From the sequence record OR352955.1: a stretch of 64,000 bases of DNA; one strand, written 5' to 3'. The notes under the pieces are model-generated. The model worked only from the letters and a program-made list of their open reading frames with translations, had not been told where the DNA came from and searched no databases. Positions 53,002-62,566 of the stretch are shown here, piece by piece. Numbering within the stretch: position 1 is the first letter of the stretch; each line of letters opens with the position of its first letter. Made by a program: the position numbers and the translations under genes. This DNA comes from Escherichia phage AV125.

Positions 53002-53744
53002 TAATCCTCCTCAAGAGTTGAATAAAATTGAAGACCACCGTCCATATCGAAATAAGCAAATGTTAAGTTATTATTGAACACAGATCCAGTATCCATATAA
53101 ACACGATTCGCATTGATAATAGGTGTTTTTACATAAGAGTGTCCATGAAACACATAATCCACACCCATCACAACAGGAAGTTTCATTCCCTCTTTAGCAC
53201 AGTCTACCATATCTCTGTCCCACATAAGTGCTTCAGCAAAACGGTTTTCCTGTGTTTTTGTCATCTTCGAAATGTATTCTGGAATATCTGTTACAGGGAG
53301 ATATTCCAAAGAAGATGGATACCCACCATGAATAAACGCAAGTTTCATGCCTCTGTAGTTAACAATGAGAACAACAGGTAAATCTTCTGTCATCATTGCT
53401 AAGGCTGTAGCTCCTTCTTCACCACATTCTTCAAAGACCGTATATCCTCCATTTTGATACCAACACTCATAGTAGCTACGATCTCCTTCCAGCATACCTT
53501 TAATCATCATGTCTTCATGATTGCCACGAATAGCGTAGCGATTGTGTTTACGAGTAAATTCTAAAACACAACGAAAGTTTTGCTTTCCACGGTCAGTAAG
53601 ATCTCCTAGAGATACAACCACATCTGTATCTCGGATACCTAACTTTGCCTTTCCTTTTTCATACAAATTATAACAACCGTGTAGATCTCCAATTATAAAA
53701 AGATCTTGATCGCTTTTAACAGTAATTTCTCTGTGTATGATCAC
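53001..53744 (-). CDS. Ser/Thr protein phosphatase (calcineurin-like metallophosphoesterase)
   Basis: 247 aa; GDLHG, GDLTDRG, GNHE metallophosphatase motifs. Confidence 0.8.
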   Translation of the reverse strand: MIIHREITVKSDQDLFIIGDLHGCYNLYEKGKAKLGIRDTDVVVSLGDLTDRGKQNFRCVLEFTRKHNRYAIRGNHEDMMIKGMLEGDRSYYECWYQNGGYTVFEECGEEGATALAMMTEDLPVVLIVNYRGMKLAFIHGGYPSSLEYLPVTDIPEYISKMTKTQENRFAEALMWDRDMVDCAKEGMKLPVVMGVDYVFHGHSYVKTPIINANRVYMDTGSVFNNNLTFAYFDMDGGLQFYSTLEED

Positions 53745-54070
53745 TTATCCTCCTCAAAATCTAAGAAAATAAAAATATTCACCTTTCCTTCAATCTCTTG
53801 TTCTAAAACAAGATCGGCAAATTCTGCATAAGCTTTCTCTTCAACTTTTTCAATATGTTCTGCGGCATCTTTAAAAGGCGTATCCCCATCCACCTTTACT
53901 AATAAGAAAAGAGATCGCATTTCGACGTTTTTACTGTTACGAGGAAGGAAATCTACAGCTTCAACAATTCTCCAACCCAAATAGCCAGGGGTTTTATGAA
54001 TCTCCCCTAAATACTTTTCTAAGATTTTACGACCCTCGTCGATAAGGGCTTGTTCTGTAGTAATTTCCAT
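53741..54070 (-). CDS. hypothetical protein (109 aa)
   Basis: ATGA overlap. Confidence 0.5.
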   Translation of the reverse strand: MEITTEQALIDEGRKILEKYLGEIHKTPGYLGWRIVEAVDFLPRNSKNVEMRSLFLLVKVDGDTPFKDAAEHIEKVEEKAYAEFADLVLEQEIEGKVNIFIFLDFEEDK

Positions 54071-54080
54071 TCCTTCCTCC

Positions 54081-54653
54081 TCAAATTATTAACGAAACCG
54101 CATGACTAAATCTTGGTTCAGATATAACCTCTGCTACAGTCACATATGTATCGTGCAGCCAAAAAGATTCTACTCTACAAACACAAATACCGTTGATAAT
54201 GAAATCTACACAGGCTTTATTATTTTCGCACACTTGTTGACTATAAACAACCCCTAAAGAGTCATAAAGTGATCTCACTGTTGCTACCATTTCATCTGTT
54301 TCGTCTTCCTGTGAAACAAAGAAAACGAATACAGACAAGTTATTAGCGAAAGTATTGCTATTCTCTACTTCAACCGACTTACAAGGTAAAAAGGAGTAAT
54401 ATTTACCGTTAGGTATCAATTTCGCCTCAACCTGGTTAAGTATGCTTTGAGATGGTTTTGTTACATAAAAAAGATTTTCTGTTGGGTTTTCAACATTACT
54501 CCTTACTATGCAACGAGTGGGGTTCGAAGGATCAAAAACATGATCGAAATCGACACACACAGGTAAGTTAACAACTTTAAACTTTTTGCTAAGAATGCTT
54601 ACTGCTGTAAAAATCAAACCAGCATTTATTTTGCCAGTGAAAGTTGAACGCAT
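54081..54653 (-). CDS. hypothetical protein (190 aa)
   Basis: Start ATG 54653 after GAGGAG. Confidence 0.5.
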   Translation of the reverse strand: MRSTFTGKINAGLIFTAVSILSKKFKVVNLPVCVDFDHVFDPSNPTRCIVRSNVENPTENLFYVTKPSQSILNQVEAKLIPNGKYYSFLPCKSVEVENSNTFANNLSVFVFFVSQEDETDEMVATVRSLYDSLGVVYSQQVCENNKACVDFIINGICVCRVESFWLHDTYVTVAEVISEPRFSHAVSLII

Positions 54654-54667
54654 AACTACTCCTCGGA

Positions 54668-54862
54668 TCATTCTACCAAAGAGAATTCCGCCTCTTCCAG
54701 GTAGATTACAGACCTTGTTGCATGATATTTAACGCTCCAGAAATTACCTTCGCGCCGTAAAAGTATCTCATTCACATCAAGATTGCTTAGAAAAACCATA
54801 TAACTTAAAGCTTGTTGACGCGTTGAGAATTGTTTCTCTAAAAGTTCTTCTCCGCTCTGCAT
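54668..54862 (-). CDS. hypothetical protein (64 aa)
   Basis: ORF track; AAGGAGGG upstream. Confidence 0.45.
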   Translation of the reverse strand: MQSGEELLEKQFSTRQQALSYMVFLSNLDVNEILLRREGNFWSVKYHATRSVIYLEEAEFSLVE

Positions 54863-54907
54863 AATCCCTCCTTAAAATACTCCCTCCGAAAAGGGAGTAT
54901 AAGTATA

Positions 54908-55111
54908 TCACGTAGTTGTTATGTTGTCTTCTTGGATACTAGAATCCACTTCTGCAAACATATCTTCTGCACTGTAATTATTTCCAGTCCAGCGTGATAA
55001 AAGGATAGCACCAATCTCTTTTGCATGAGATTCGGACTCCGCATAAACGTTAGTCCCAGTGTCACCTTTTTTCTTTTCATGTGCATAAATGCAGTAATAA
55101 TTGTAAGCCAT
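54908..55111 (-). CDS. hypothetical protein (67 aa)
   Basis: ORF track. Confidence 0.45.
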   Translation of the reverse strand: MAYNYYCIYAHEKKKGDTGTNVYAESESHAKEIGAILLSRWTGNNYSAEDMFAEVDSSIQEDNITTT

Positions 55112-55347
55112 TAATCTTCCCAGTCATTGCCCTCGGTAGAGTGAACTAAAGCTCGCACGATACCACCGTAATCTACTGCCTGATTTGCAGCATGTTCGGC
55201 ATAAACTTCAATGGCTTTTTTGAAGAAAAGAGCAGTAGCTGCTTCAATATTATCCATTTCGCCATCTACGTCAGTAGAAAGTGAAAGGTTGAGGCTTTCA
55301 TCTACTTCATCAAAATCAATAGCCACTGTCATAATTAGTTTACCCAT
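55111..55347 (-). CDS. hypothetical acidic protein (78 aa)
   Basis: ORF track. Confidence 0.5.
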   Translation of the reverse strand: MGKLIMTVAIDFDEVDESLNLSLSTDVDGEMDNIEAATALFFKKAIEVYAEHAANQAVDYGGIVRALVHSTEGNDWED

Positions 55348-55359
55348 AGTTCACACTCC

Positions 55360-55869
55360 TTAAACAAAATAAAATGGTTGAGAGAGGCCCAAACGATTCT
55401 TTGGGTCGTATACATACCAAGCGTATGCTGTCTTATCTGTTCCACCTGCAACAAACGAAGGCCGTTCTGAAAGGACTATAAGGTTTGTTGGTGGATTCTT
55501 TTGATGGAACTCTCGTCGTTTCTTTGACTCCAAGAAGCCCAACCGAAGAAGATAAATACAAACATCTGCCTCTTTTAAGCTCTTTTCCAAGAACTCCATT
55601 GCTAACTTAAATGGAGGATTTGTGATTATAATGTCGGGACGATTTTCCCATTCATGACTAAAATAATCTTTACCTTCTTCAAGTTCGCAATATTCTGAAC
55701 CTTCAGGAAAATGGCGATAAATCGCTTCAGCTTCACCTCTGCAAGGTTCTGCAAAAACCCAACCTTCTTCCTTTAGATTTTTGAAATCTATAACACTAAA
55801 CAAACTATTGATTGCTTTTTGCGGTGTCGGATAATAATCGCTCGTTGGGCGATCATAATCTAATGCCAT
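55360..55869 (-). CDS. small DNA N6-adenine methyltransferase-like protein
   Basis: 169 aa; NPPF catalytic motif (IIITNPPFKLA); size fits short phage Dam-type proteins. Confidence 0.5.
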   Translation of the reverse strand: MALDYDRPTSDYYPTPQKAINSLFSVIDFKNLKEEGWVFAEPCRGEAEAIYRHFPEGSEYCELEEGKDYFSHEWENRPDIIITNPPFKLAMEFLEKSLKEADVCIYLLRLGFLESKKRREFHQKNPPTNLIVLSERPSFVAGGTDKTAYAWYVYDPKNRLGLSQPFYFV

Positions 55870-56287
55870 CTAAAATCTCCTCTTTTGTAATATTATCCAA
55901 CTCTTTAAAGGATGAAATCTCGTTTAATAATCCTATTTGATCAGCTTCTAGCGGATAAGTGTTTTTATCTGTTTTTCTAGACAGAATATCTTCAACAAAC
56001 TTATCAATAGCCAAAGAAGAATCATAAAATTTTAAAAGTTGGTAATCCATAGGAGATATTTTGTCATCTCTTAGAAATATTTCTAACATGTTTTCAGGAG
56101 TATCGTGGTTTAGTTTATGTTCACCAAAAATATTAACTTCGTAAACATCTTTGCCAAACCAACGTTTCTTCTTTTCAACAGTATAGGTTTTTGCCACCAG
56201 ACCATCTAAACAGTTTCTTGCCCTCTTACATGTTTGACGGTAAGAGTGGATAGCGCCTTCAACAAACTTAGCAGGAACTTGTAACAT
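55853..56287 (-). CDS. hypothetical protein (144 aa)
   Basis: ORF track. Confidence 0.5.
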   Translation of the reverse strand: MLQVPAKFVEGAIHSYRQTCKRARNCLDGLVAKTYTVEKKKRWFGKDVYEVNIFGEHKLNHDTPENMLEIFLRDDKISPMDYQLLKFYDSSLAIDKFVEDILSRKTDKNTYPLEADQIGLLNEISSFKELDNITKEEILDGIRL

Positions 56288-56311
56288 TATTAATCTCCTA
56301 TGTTTAAGAAA

Positions 56312-56327
56312 TGCCCCCGAAGGGGCA
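56312..56327 (-). terminator. intrinsic terminator
   Basis: TGCCCC-cgaa-GGGGCA downstream of 56333 stop. Confidence 0.5.
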
Positions 56328-56332
56328 GTTTG

Positions 56333-57025
56333 TTAAATAGCGGTTCCTTCGAAATCCGCCACATTTACGAGATTAATATTTTCAGATTTAGAAGTCAAGT
56401 TGTTTTCTGCAACAGATTTTTCTTCAGTATCCGCCTCGTTACCTGCCACGTTACGAGGTTCTTCTTCACCGTAGGGATTACCGAATTTCAAAAGATTGAT
56501 CAATTCTTCTTTGGAGAAGTTTTCTAAATCATCGTCTGTTAATTCAATAATCTCGTCTTGTTCTTCAATAAATGTTTCACCACCAGAAAAAGCATCTCGC
56601 TTTTTAGCTACTTCCATAGCTTGTTCTGGTGTTGCCCCTGCGTCAAGAGCAGCTAAAGCAAAGTCTGACCCACTTCCTACTGCATAATATTCTTCATCAA
56701 TCGGATATGCACGTGTTGGGTTGTTACCTTCGTGCAAGAAAATACGTCCGTCTGGATGAACAACAAGTGCAATAAACTCTTCATCTTCTTTATCTGGATC
56801 AGAGTGAATCATCAAACCAGGGACAGCATCACGTGCTGCTTCGCACTGTAGATTTTGTTCAAACCATTGAAAGAAAGAAAGCACGGAGGTCAGACGACCA
56901 GCACCACCTACAAGGTAATCTCCAATTTTTCGGACCTTTTTGAAATTAATAGAATCTACACGTCCACCAAAAGTTACCTTACCATCACTCAAAATCTTAT
57001 TTTTGGTTGCAATAATTGTCGTCAC
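56333..57025 (-). CDS. HslV-like Ntn-hydrolase peptidase with acidic C-terminal extension
   Basis: 230 aa, GTG start; N-terminal TTIIATKNK...GRVDSINFKKVRKIG..GGAGR and AVGSGSDFALAA parallel HslV as remembered. Confidence 0.65.
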   Translation of the reverse strand: MTTIIATKNKILSDGKVTFGGRVDSINFKKVRKIGDYLVGGAGRLTSVLSFFQWFEQNLQCEAARDAVPGLMIHSDPDKEDEEFIALVVHPDGRIFLHEGNNPTRAYPIDEEYYAVGSGSDFALAALDAGATPEQAMEVAKKRDAFSGGETFIEEQDEIIELTDDDLENFSKEELINLLKFGNPYGEEEPRNVAGNEADTEEKSVAENNLTSKSENINLVNVADFEGTAI

Positions 57026-57528
57026 TATTCTTCCTCCTCTGTTAATGTTTTAAGAACCGCTTTCCCGCCATTCACATATTTGCAGATGTATTCTATCGCA
57101 CGTAGTGTCTCTTTGTCAACAAAAATTTGATCAGACGTTGCGAGCGGGTTATTAAGAAGATCACTACAATCACGAACAAGCAGTGCTTTCTTATTAAACA
57201 AATTACTTAAGAACAGTAACTTCGCCTCTTCTTCTGTTATGTGCAGAAGACTGGGATCGGAGCCAGCTATTCCTATTATACAATCAAACAAGCTTTCTTT
57301 ACTATCAGAAAGTTCTTGAAAATGGTTTAAAAGCCAATCTTCTCCTAGACACCAACATTTAAACATTTCCAGTTTATCTCGGAGGGTCATATTCTCTAAA
57401 GTAAGAGCAATCTCTTTTTCAATATGGTTTACACAAATTTGACGAAATTCGTTAGGTTTTACGAGTCCCGTTTGATAGCACTCATCTATACCGCTTCTTC
57501 CGATAGCTATTGTTGCTACACCCATCAA
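57025..57528 (-). CDS. hypothetical protein (167 aa)
   Basis: ORF track. Confidence 0.55.
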   Translation of the reverse strand: MMGVATIAIGRSGIDECYQTGLVKPNEFRQICVNHIEKEIALTLENMTLRDKLEMFKCWCLGEDWLLNHFQELSDSKESLFDCIIGIAGSDPSLLHITEEEAKLLFLSNLFNKKALLVRDCSDLLNNPLATSDQIFVDKETLRAIEYICKYVNGGKAVLKTLTEEEE

Positions 57529-57560
57529 TCCTCCTTATAAATGGCTTCCCTGCCACATTA

Positions 57561-58319
57561 TTAAATAAACACTTCAGTAATCAGTTTAGACAAACGTCCA
57601 CGTTTATTATCGTCCGTTGTCAGTTCAACGTATCCAATAAAATCTACAATTGGTTCACGAACACCTTCTTCATTTTCTGGATATAAAAGTTCCAAAATTT
57701 GATGCAGACCATTGCTACGTTTTTTAATTGCATATGTCTGGCGAACATCGCCTAATACAATAACATGCGTATTAATACCTGCACGTTCAATAAGAAGTTT
57801 AAGTGTTTCTGTTGACATAAGTTGTGCTTCGTCAATAATGACGATTGTATTATCCAGGGTAGCCCCCAACAAATAGTTAGGAATATTCAATTCGATCTTA
57901 CCTGATCCAATATCGTTTTCCAATTTGTTGGCTGTCATGAATTGCTGGAAAATACGTTTTGTAGATTCATAGTGTGCTGCTAGTTTATCTGTTTTATCCC
58001 CAGACAAGAAACCAATCTGGTCATCTCCGACTTCAGTAGGGTTCTTGATAAAAAGTAGTTTACGGAAGTCTCCTGAACGAAGCATCTGCAAAGCTTTCCA
58101 TAAAGCAACAGAGGTTTTACCAGTCCCTGCCGGAGCATTTACAACAGTCAGATCATTCCAGATCATGCTTTGAACAATCTTATTTTGGTCCCCTTCAGGC
58201 ATAAATTCATCTAAACGGTAATCGTCATTACCTACCGCTTTTGCTGCATAACGGCTTTCAATCTTTGCTGAATTAGCCAGTTTCTGCCGTTGTGTTTTAG
58301 CTGCGGTTTTATTTCCCAT
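57561..58319 (-). CDS. phoH: PhoH-like ATPase
   Basis: Start ATG 58319 after AAGGAG (track start 58370 overlaps lysozyme gene); Walker A NAPAGTGKTS, Walker B IIDEAQ. Confidence 0.8.
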   Translation of the reverse strand: MGNKTAAKTQRQKLANSAKIESRYAAKAVGNDDYRLDEFMPEGDQNKIVQSMIWNDLTVVNAPAGTGKTSVALWKALQMLRSGDFRKLLFIKNPTEVGDDQIGFLSGDKTDKLAAHYESTKRIFQQFMTANKLENDIGSGKIELNIPNYLLGATLDNTIVIIDEAQLMSTETLKLLIERAGINTHVIVLGDVRQTYAIKKRSNGLHQILELLYPENEEGVREPIVDFIGYVELTTDDNKRGRLSKLITEVFI

Positions 58320-58336
58320 AGTAGCACTCCTTTTAG

Positions 58337-58354
58337 AAGGGGCCGAAGCCCCTT
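58337..58354 (-). terminator. stem-loop between lysozyme and phoH (copy 2 of repeated hairpin)
   Basis: AAGGGGC-cgaa-GCCCCTT identical to 46244-46261. Confidence 0.45.
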
Positions 58355-58356
58355 TA

Positions 58357-58857
58357 TTAGTTGTAAGCATCTAAAGTTCCAGAAGTCAGAACTTTAATTA
58401 CTCGTTCAGCACGGTTTGGCGTCTGGCTATACCATCGGCTTTTACGCATGTTTTTACCTGCTTGAGTATAATATGCATTGCTGATTAAAGTCAAGCTATT
58501 TTGAAACCCTTCAGCACCTTTTAACCCCAACTGGAAAACCATGTTGATTATTCCCAATTTACGAGTATCACTCACCTTATCATAGATTGGTGATAAGATA
58601 GCACTGTTTTTTATGTCTCTCTTCACTTTTGCAACATCGTCAGCAAAGATTTGACGGGCTTCTTTTTCTGTGATAACTCCATTAGTCTTACGACCAAGAA
58701 GATTATCTAAGATTTGAATAGCCTTTGCTTTATCTTTTATTTTAGTCAGAAGGTGTCCTATGCCGACTGTCCAATAACCAAGATGGTCTTGATAAACAGT
58801 AAGCTTCAGTCCTTCATCGACTCGTAGCATATCAAACTCATCTACTACTTTAGCCAT
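58357..58857 (-). CDS. T4-type lysozyme (endolysin, glycoside hydrolase family 24)
   Basis: 166 aa; MLRVDEGLKLTVYQDHLGYWTVGIGHLL...NGVITEKEA...SRWYSQTPNRAERVIKVLTSGTLDAYN aligns along its length with T4 lysozyme as remembered. Confidence 0.9.
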   Translation of the reverse strand: MAKVVDEFDMLRVDEGLKLTVYQDHLGYWTVGIGHLLTKIKDKAKAIQILDNLLGRKTNGVITEKEARQIFADDVAKVKRDIKNSAILSPIYDKVSDTRKLGIINMVFQLGLKGAEGFQNSLTLISNAYYTQAGKNMRKSRWYSQTPNRAERVIKVLTSGTLDAYN

Positions 58858-58864
58858 TTACTTC

Positions 58865-59014
58865 CTATTCGTCGTCTCCTACTCCGTGATCCAACTCGTT
58901 AAACAACAGATGTTCTGGAGAAGTTTCACGTTTTGGTTTCGTTTTCTTTATGTTGGACTTCAGCTCATTTGCCAAAGCACGAGAAAAGATCTTACGTTTC
59001 TGTTTACTTTTCAT
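58865..59014 (-). CDS. small hypothetical protein (49 aa)
   Basis: Own translation MKSKQKRKIFSRALANELKSNIKKTKPKRETSPEHLLFNELDHGVGDDE. Confidence 0.3.
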   Translation of the reverse strand: MKSKQKRKIFSRALANELKSNIKKTKPKRETSPEHLLFNELDHGVGDDE

Positions 59015-59019
59015 AATTG

Positions 59020-59280
59020 TTACTCCGCAATTTGAGCCATGAGATCACGCAGTTCGGTAAAACCGCCTACGTATGTTACCTCCCCGTTCACTTCAGACAA
59101 AATTTGTGGAAATGTGCGTGGAGGAACTCCGGTAAGATCAACAACTGTTTTAGTCATTGATTCTAAATCGTAGTCTTGGTCAAGACTTAAATATTCAAAC
59201 TGTTTATTGCGCATGGTTAATAGTTGTTTTGACATTTCGCAAAATTGACAGTTAGGTTTACCAAAAATTACAAATTCCAT
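59020..59280 (-). CDS. glutaredoxin-like protein
   Basis: 86 aa; CQFC active site near N-terminus, PQI..G...GGF motif. Confidence 0.7.
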   Translation of the reverse strand: MEFVIFGKPNCQFCEMSKQLLTMRNKQFEYLSLDQDYDLESMTKTVVDLTGVPPRTFPQILSEVNGEVTYVGGFTELRDLMAQIAE

Positions 59281-60122
59281 TACCTCTCCTTATTAAGTAA
59301 TACTGCTAAAGACCGTTCAATACCTTTATTTAAATCTGATTTTGTAAGATAGTGACTGGTTACTAGTTGTGACTTCACCGGACGTGCTGCTGGAGCATTA
59401 TAGGTTGAAGCTGATACCGCCGATATCTTAACAGGTTCTGGCATCTGTGTCAAGATCTTTTCCGCAAACTCCGCCCAAGAAATAAGATGGCTTCCTGCAA
59501 AATGGTAAGTCTTTACAGATCTTGACCAACCTGTTTTTAATACTTCAAAAATAGCTTCTGCTAAATCTGGGGCATATGTTGGACAAGAGAACTGATCTGC
59601 AACGATAGTAAAATCACGTTGTCCATCATTATAGCGAGACAACATAGTTTTTAGAAAGTTATTTCCAAATTCACTATATACAGACGCTGTTCGAATAATA
59701 TATGCGTTCGGGTTAACTCCTCGCACCATTTTTTCACCGAGTTCTTTCGTATACCCATAATTGTTTATCGGGTTAGGTGTAGTATCTTCAAAAATAGGAT
59801 GAGAATAATTAAAAATATAGTCTGTAGAAATATGCACAAAATCAATTTTAAGTTTGCTGCACACTGCCGCAATATTTGCAGGGCCATAGGCATTAACAGC
59901 CAAAGCAGTAGCAAAATCATGTTCTGCTTTATCTACAGCCGTATAAGCAGCGCAATTAATAACACCATCTACATAATCTTCAATAATAGCGTTTCGCACA
60001 GCTTCAAAATTTGTAATATCTACACGTTCTTTAGGATAAATTAAAGACACATTTGAAGGAGCCACTTTACGTAAAGCTTGTCCCAGTTGTCCATTACCAC
60101 CCAATACCAGATATGTTAGCAT
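59280..60122 (-). CDS. rmlD: dTDP-4-dehydrorhamnose reductase
   Basis: 280 aa; N-terminal LVLGGNGQLGQAL, Rossmann GxxGxxG; fourth gene of rml cluster. Confidence 0.75.
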   Translation of the reverse strand: MLTYLVLGGNGQLGQALRKVAPSNVSLIYPKERVDITNFEAVRNAIIEDYVDGVINCAAYTAVDKAEHDFATALAVNAYGPANIAAVCSKLKIDFVHISTDYIFNYSHPIFEDTTPNPINNYGYTKELGEKMVRGVNPNAYIIRTASVYSEFGNNFLKTMLSRYNDGQRDFTIVADQFSCPTYAPDLAEAIFEVLKTGWSRSVKTYHFAGSHLISWAEFAEKILTQMPEPVKISAVSASTYNAPAARPVKSQLVTSHYLTKSDLNKGIERSLAVLLNKER

Positions 60123-60682
60123 ACACCCTCGCTACGTAACTGTTGAAAAGACTTAGCCATTGCATCTTTTGTTGATAAGATAGGTTTAAAATCTTCGTCA
60201 AAAATCATATCGAAGCCCCAATCAATCCCTATATCAGGATCATCCCAACGTAAACTTTGTTCGCTGGAAGGGTCGTATGGAGTTGTGCATTTGTATTCGA
60301 AGATAGCATCCATACTCAACACTATAAAACCATGTGCCAAACCAGGTGGAAGCCAGAACTGTGTATGGTGTCGTGCACGAAGAACAACACCGTCCCAAGC
60401 ACCGTAAGTAGGACTATCTTTACGTAGGTCTACAGCGAAATCCAATACTTCCCCACTTACACAACGAACAAGCTTACCTTGCGGATTATTTGTTTGAAAG
60501 TGCATTCCTCGCAAAACACCGAAGTTTGATTTAGACATGTTATCTTGAACGAAAGTTTGTCTACCAATGATATCTTCATATTTTTGTTCATTATATGTTT
60601 CTAAAAAGAAACCACGGTCATCTTTATAAACGTCTGGTTTGATAATTACCGCACCTTCAATTTTTGTTTTTTCTACTTTCAT
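60116..60682 (-). CDS. rmlC: dTDP-4-dehydrorhamnose 3,5-epimerase
   Basis: Start ATG 60682 after GGAGGGAAA (MKVEKTKIEGAVIIKPDVYKDDRGFFLETYN); FVQDNMSKSNFGVLRGMHFQ motif. Confidence 0.8.
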   Translation of the reverse strand: MKVEKTKIEGAVIIKPDVYKDDRGFFLETYNEQKYEDIIGRQTFVQDNMSKSNFGVLRGMHFQTNNPQGKLVRCVSGEVLDFAVDLRKDSPTYGAWDGVVLRARHHTQFWLPPGLAHGFIVLSMDAIFEYKCTTPYDPSSEQSLRWDDPDIGIDWGFDMIFDEDFKPILSTKDAMAKSFQQLRSEGVC

Positions 60683-60758
60683 TTTCCCTCCGCTAATTTG
60701 AGTAGGTATTGCCCGTACTCTGTTTTCTTCAGTGAGTTTCCATGGTAGACCAAAGTCT

Positions 60759-61556
60759 CTAAAGAAATCCACCCTTTTTGAAAGCAATTTCTTCCAGGCA
60801 CGCAATCTTCAATCCTTGACAGTTCTCAATAGTCTGCACGAATTGACCAGCTTCCATCAGACTGGCGTGTGTTCCTGTGTCAAGCCAAGTAAATCCTCGT
60901 CCGAGAACTTCTACTTGTAACTTCCTGTCTTCGAGGTAGCTGCGATTGATATCGGTGATCTCCAGTTCTCCACGCGCGGAAGGGGTTACTTCTAATGCAC
61001 GTTGAATAACAGAGTTATCATAGAAATATAAACCTGTGACAGCATAATCTGATTTAGGATTTTCAGGTTTCTCTTCAATAGAAATAACTTGACGATTACT
61101 CCCAAATTCAACCACACCGAATCGTTCAGGATCTTTCACCAAACACCCGAAGATACAAGCTCCGCCCCAAACATCTACCATCTCACTAGCGTTAATCAGT
61201 AGTTTACCAAAGCTTTGTCCGAAGAATAGGTTGTCACCTAAAATAAGAGCAACAGAGTCTTCTCCGATAAAATCTTTACCGATGATGAAAGCGTCCGCAA
61301 GACCTCGTGGCTCGGATTGGATTGCGTAAGTGAGTTTTATCCCAAACATAGACCCATCTCCAAGAAGATGCTCAAAGTCTTCCTGATCGCCTGGTGTGGT
61401 GATGATTAAGATATCCTTAATGTCAGCCAACATCAATACCGATAAGGGGTAGTAGATCATGGGTTTGTCATACACAGGGAGCAATTGCTTGCTCACACTG
61501 CGTGTTACCGGATGAAGGCGGGTTCCACTTCCTCCCGCCAAAATAATACCTTTCAT
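60759..61556 (-). CDS. rmlA: glucose-1-phosphate thymidylyltransferase
   Basis: 265 aa; [36 protein letters not shown]...GELEITD nearly collinear with E. coli RmlA as remembered. Confidence 0.9.
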   Translation of the reverse strand: MKGIILAGGSGTRLHPVTRSVSKQLLPVYDKPMIYYPLSVLMLADIKDILIITTPGDQEDFEHLLGDGSMFGIKLTYAIQSEPRGLADAFIIGKDFIGEDSVALILGDNLFFGQSFGKLLINASEMVDVWGGACIFGCLVKDPERFGVVEFGSNRQVISIEEKPENPKSDYAVTGLYFYDNSVIQRALEVTPSARGELEITDINRSYLEDRKLQVEVLGRGFTWLDTGTHASLMEAGQFVQTIENCQGLKIACLEEIAFKKGGFL

Positions 61557-61564
61557 AACCCTCC

Positions 61565-62557
61565 TTAAATCTTCTTACTCCACCATTGAGGGTTGTTTAA
61601 GTACCATTCAATCGTTGAGTAGAGATCTTGTTCAAATGTAGAGTTTGCACTCCAACCCAGTTCAGACTCTATTTTAGAAGGATTGATTTCATAACGCAAG
61701 TCATGTCCTTTACGATCTTCAACAAAAGTTATCAAGTTGGAAGAAGGGTAGGTTCCTGCTTCTGGATGTACAGCATCCATGTAGTCACAAACCATATAGA
61801 TGATCTCCATATTGGTTTTGGGATTACGTGTTCCAACATTATACGTTTGACCTGGTTCTCCACCTGTTGCCACTTGAAGAATAGCTCGCGCATGATCCTC
61901 AACAAAAAGCCAGTCTCGCACCTGATCGCCTTTACCATACACCGGAATCTCTTTATTCGTCAAGATACTTGTGATGATTTTTGGGATCAGCTTTTCTGGA
62001 TGTTGATAAGGTCCAAAGTTATTGGAGCAGTTGGTTATCACAACAGGTAAACCGTAGGTACGGTACCAAGCTTTCACAAGATGGTCAGATGCTGCCTTAG
62101 ACGCACTGTACGGGCTTGAAGGGGCATAAGCTGTCTCTTCGGTAAAGGGAACGCCAGAGTCTGCCATATCGCCGTACACTTCGTCTGTGGAGACATGTAC
62201 GAACATCTTAAGTTTATTTTTTGGGAGGAGCCTTGCAGCTTCCAATAAATTGTATGTACCAATAATATTGGAGTCGATGAAAACTCGTGGATTCTTGATA
62301 GAATTATCCACATGACTCTCTGCCGCTAAGTGAATGATGAAATCGGGATTGCACTCTACTACTAAACTTTTGACCTGGGTTTCGTTTGCCAAATCTGTTA
62401 TGCTTAGTTTAACGTGAGTGATATCGCCTACATTCTCAATATCTGCTGCATAGCCCATCTTATCAACGACAAAAACTTCGTTATTGGGATCTTGACAAAG
62501 AGAGCGCACCACGGCACTCCCAATAAAACCAAGACCACCTGTTACCAGATAGCGCAT
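61565..62557 (-). CDS. rmlB: dTDP-glucose 4,6-dehydratase
   Basis: 330 aa; [33 protein letters not shown] (YxxxK). Confidence 0.85.
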   Translation of the reverse strand: MRYLVTGGLGFIGSAVVRSLCQDPNNEVFVVDKMGYAADIENVGDITHVKLSITDLANETQVKSLVVECNPDFIIHLAAESHVDNSIKNPRVFIDSNIIGTYNLLEAARLLPKNKLKMFVHVSTDEVYGDMADSGVPFTEETAYAPSSPYSASKAASDHLVKAWYRTYGLPVVITNCSNNFGPYQHPEKLIPKIITSILTNKEIPVYGKGDQVRDWLFVEDHARAILQVATGGEPGQTYNVGTRNPKTNMEIIYMVCDYMDAVHPEAGTYPSSNLITFVEDRKGHDLRYEINPSKIESELGWSANSTFEQDLYSTIEWYLNNPQWWSKKI

Positions 62558-62566
62558 CAGTTCTCC

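Noticed and set aside
58320-58370. PhoH start at 58370 as listed in the ORF track
   Set aside because: That start overlaps the lysozyme gene and the intervening hairpin; ATG 58319 has a canonical AAGGAG site and leaves the hairpin intergenic.
60683-60805. RmlC start at 60805 with a 41 aa N-terminal extension
   Set aside because: Extension would overlap rmlA; the internal ATG at 60682 has GGAGGG upstream and restores the typical RmlC N-terminus.
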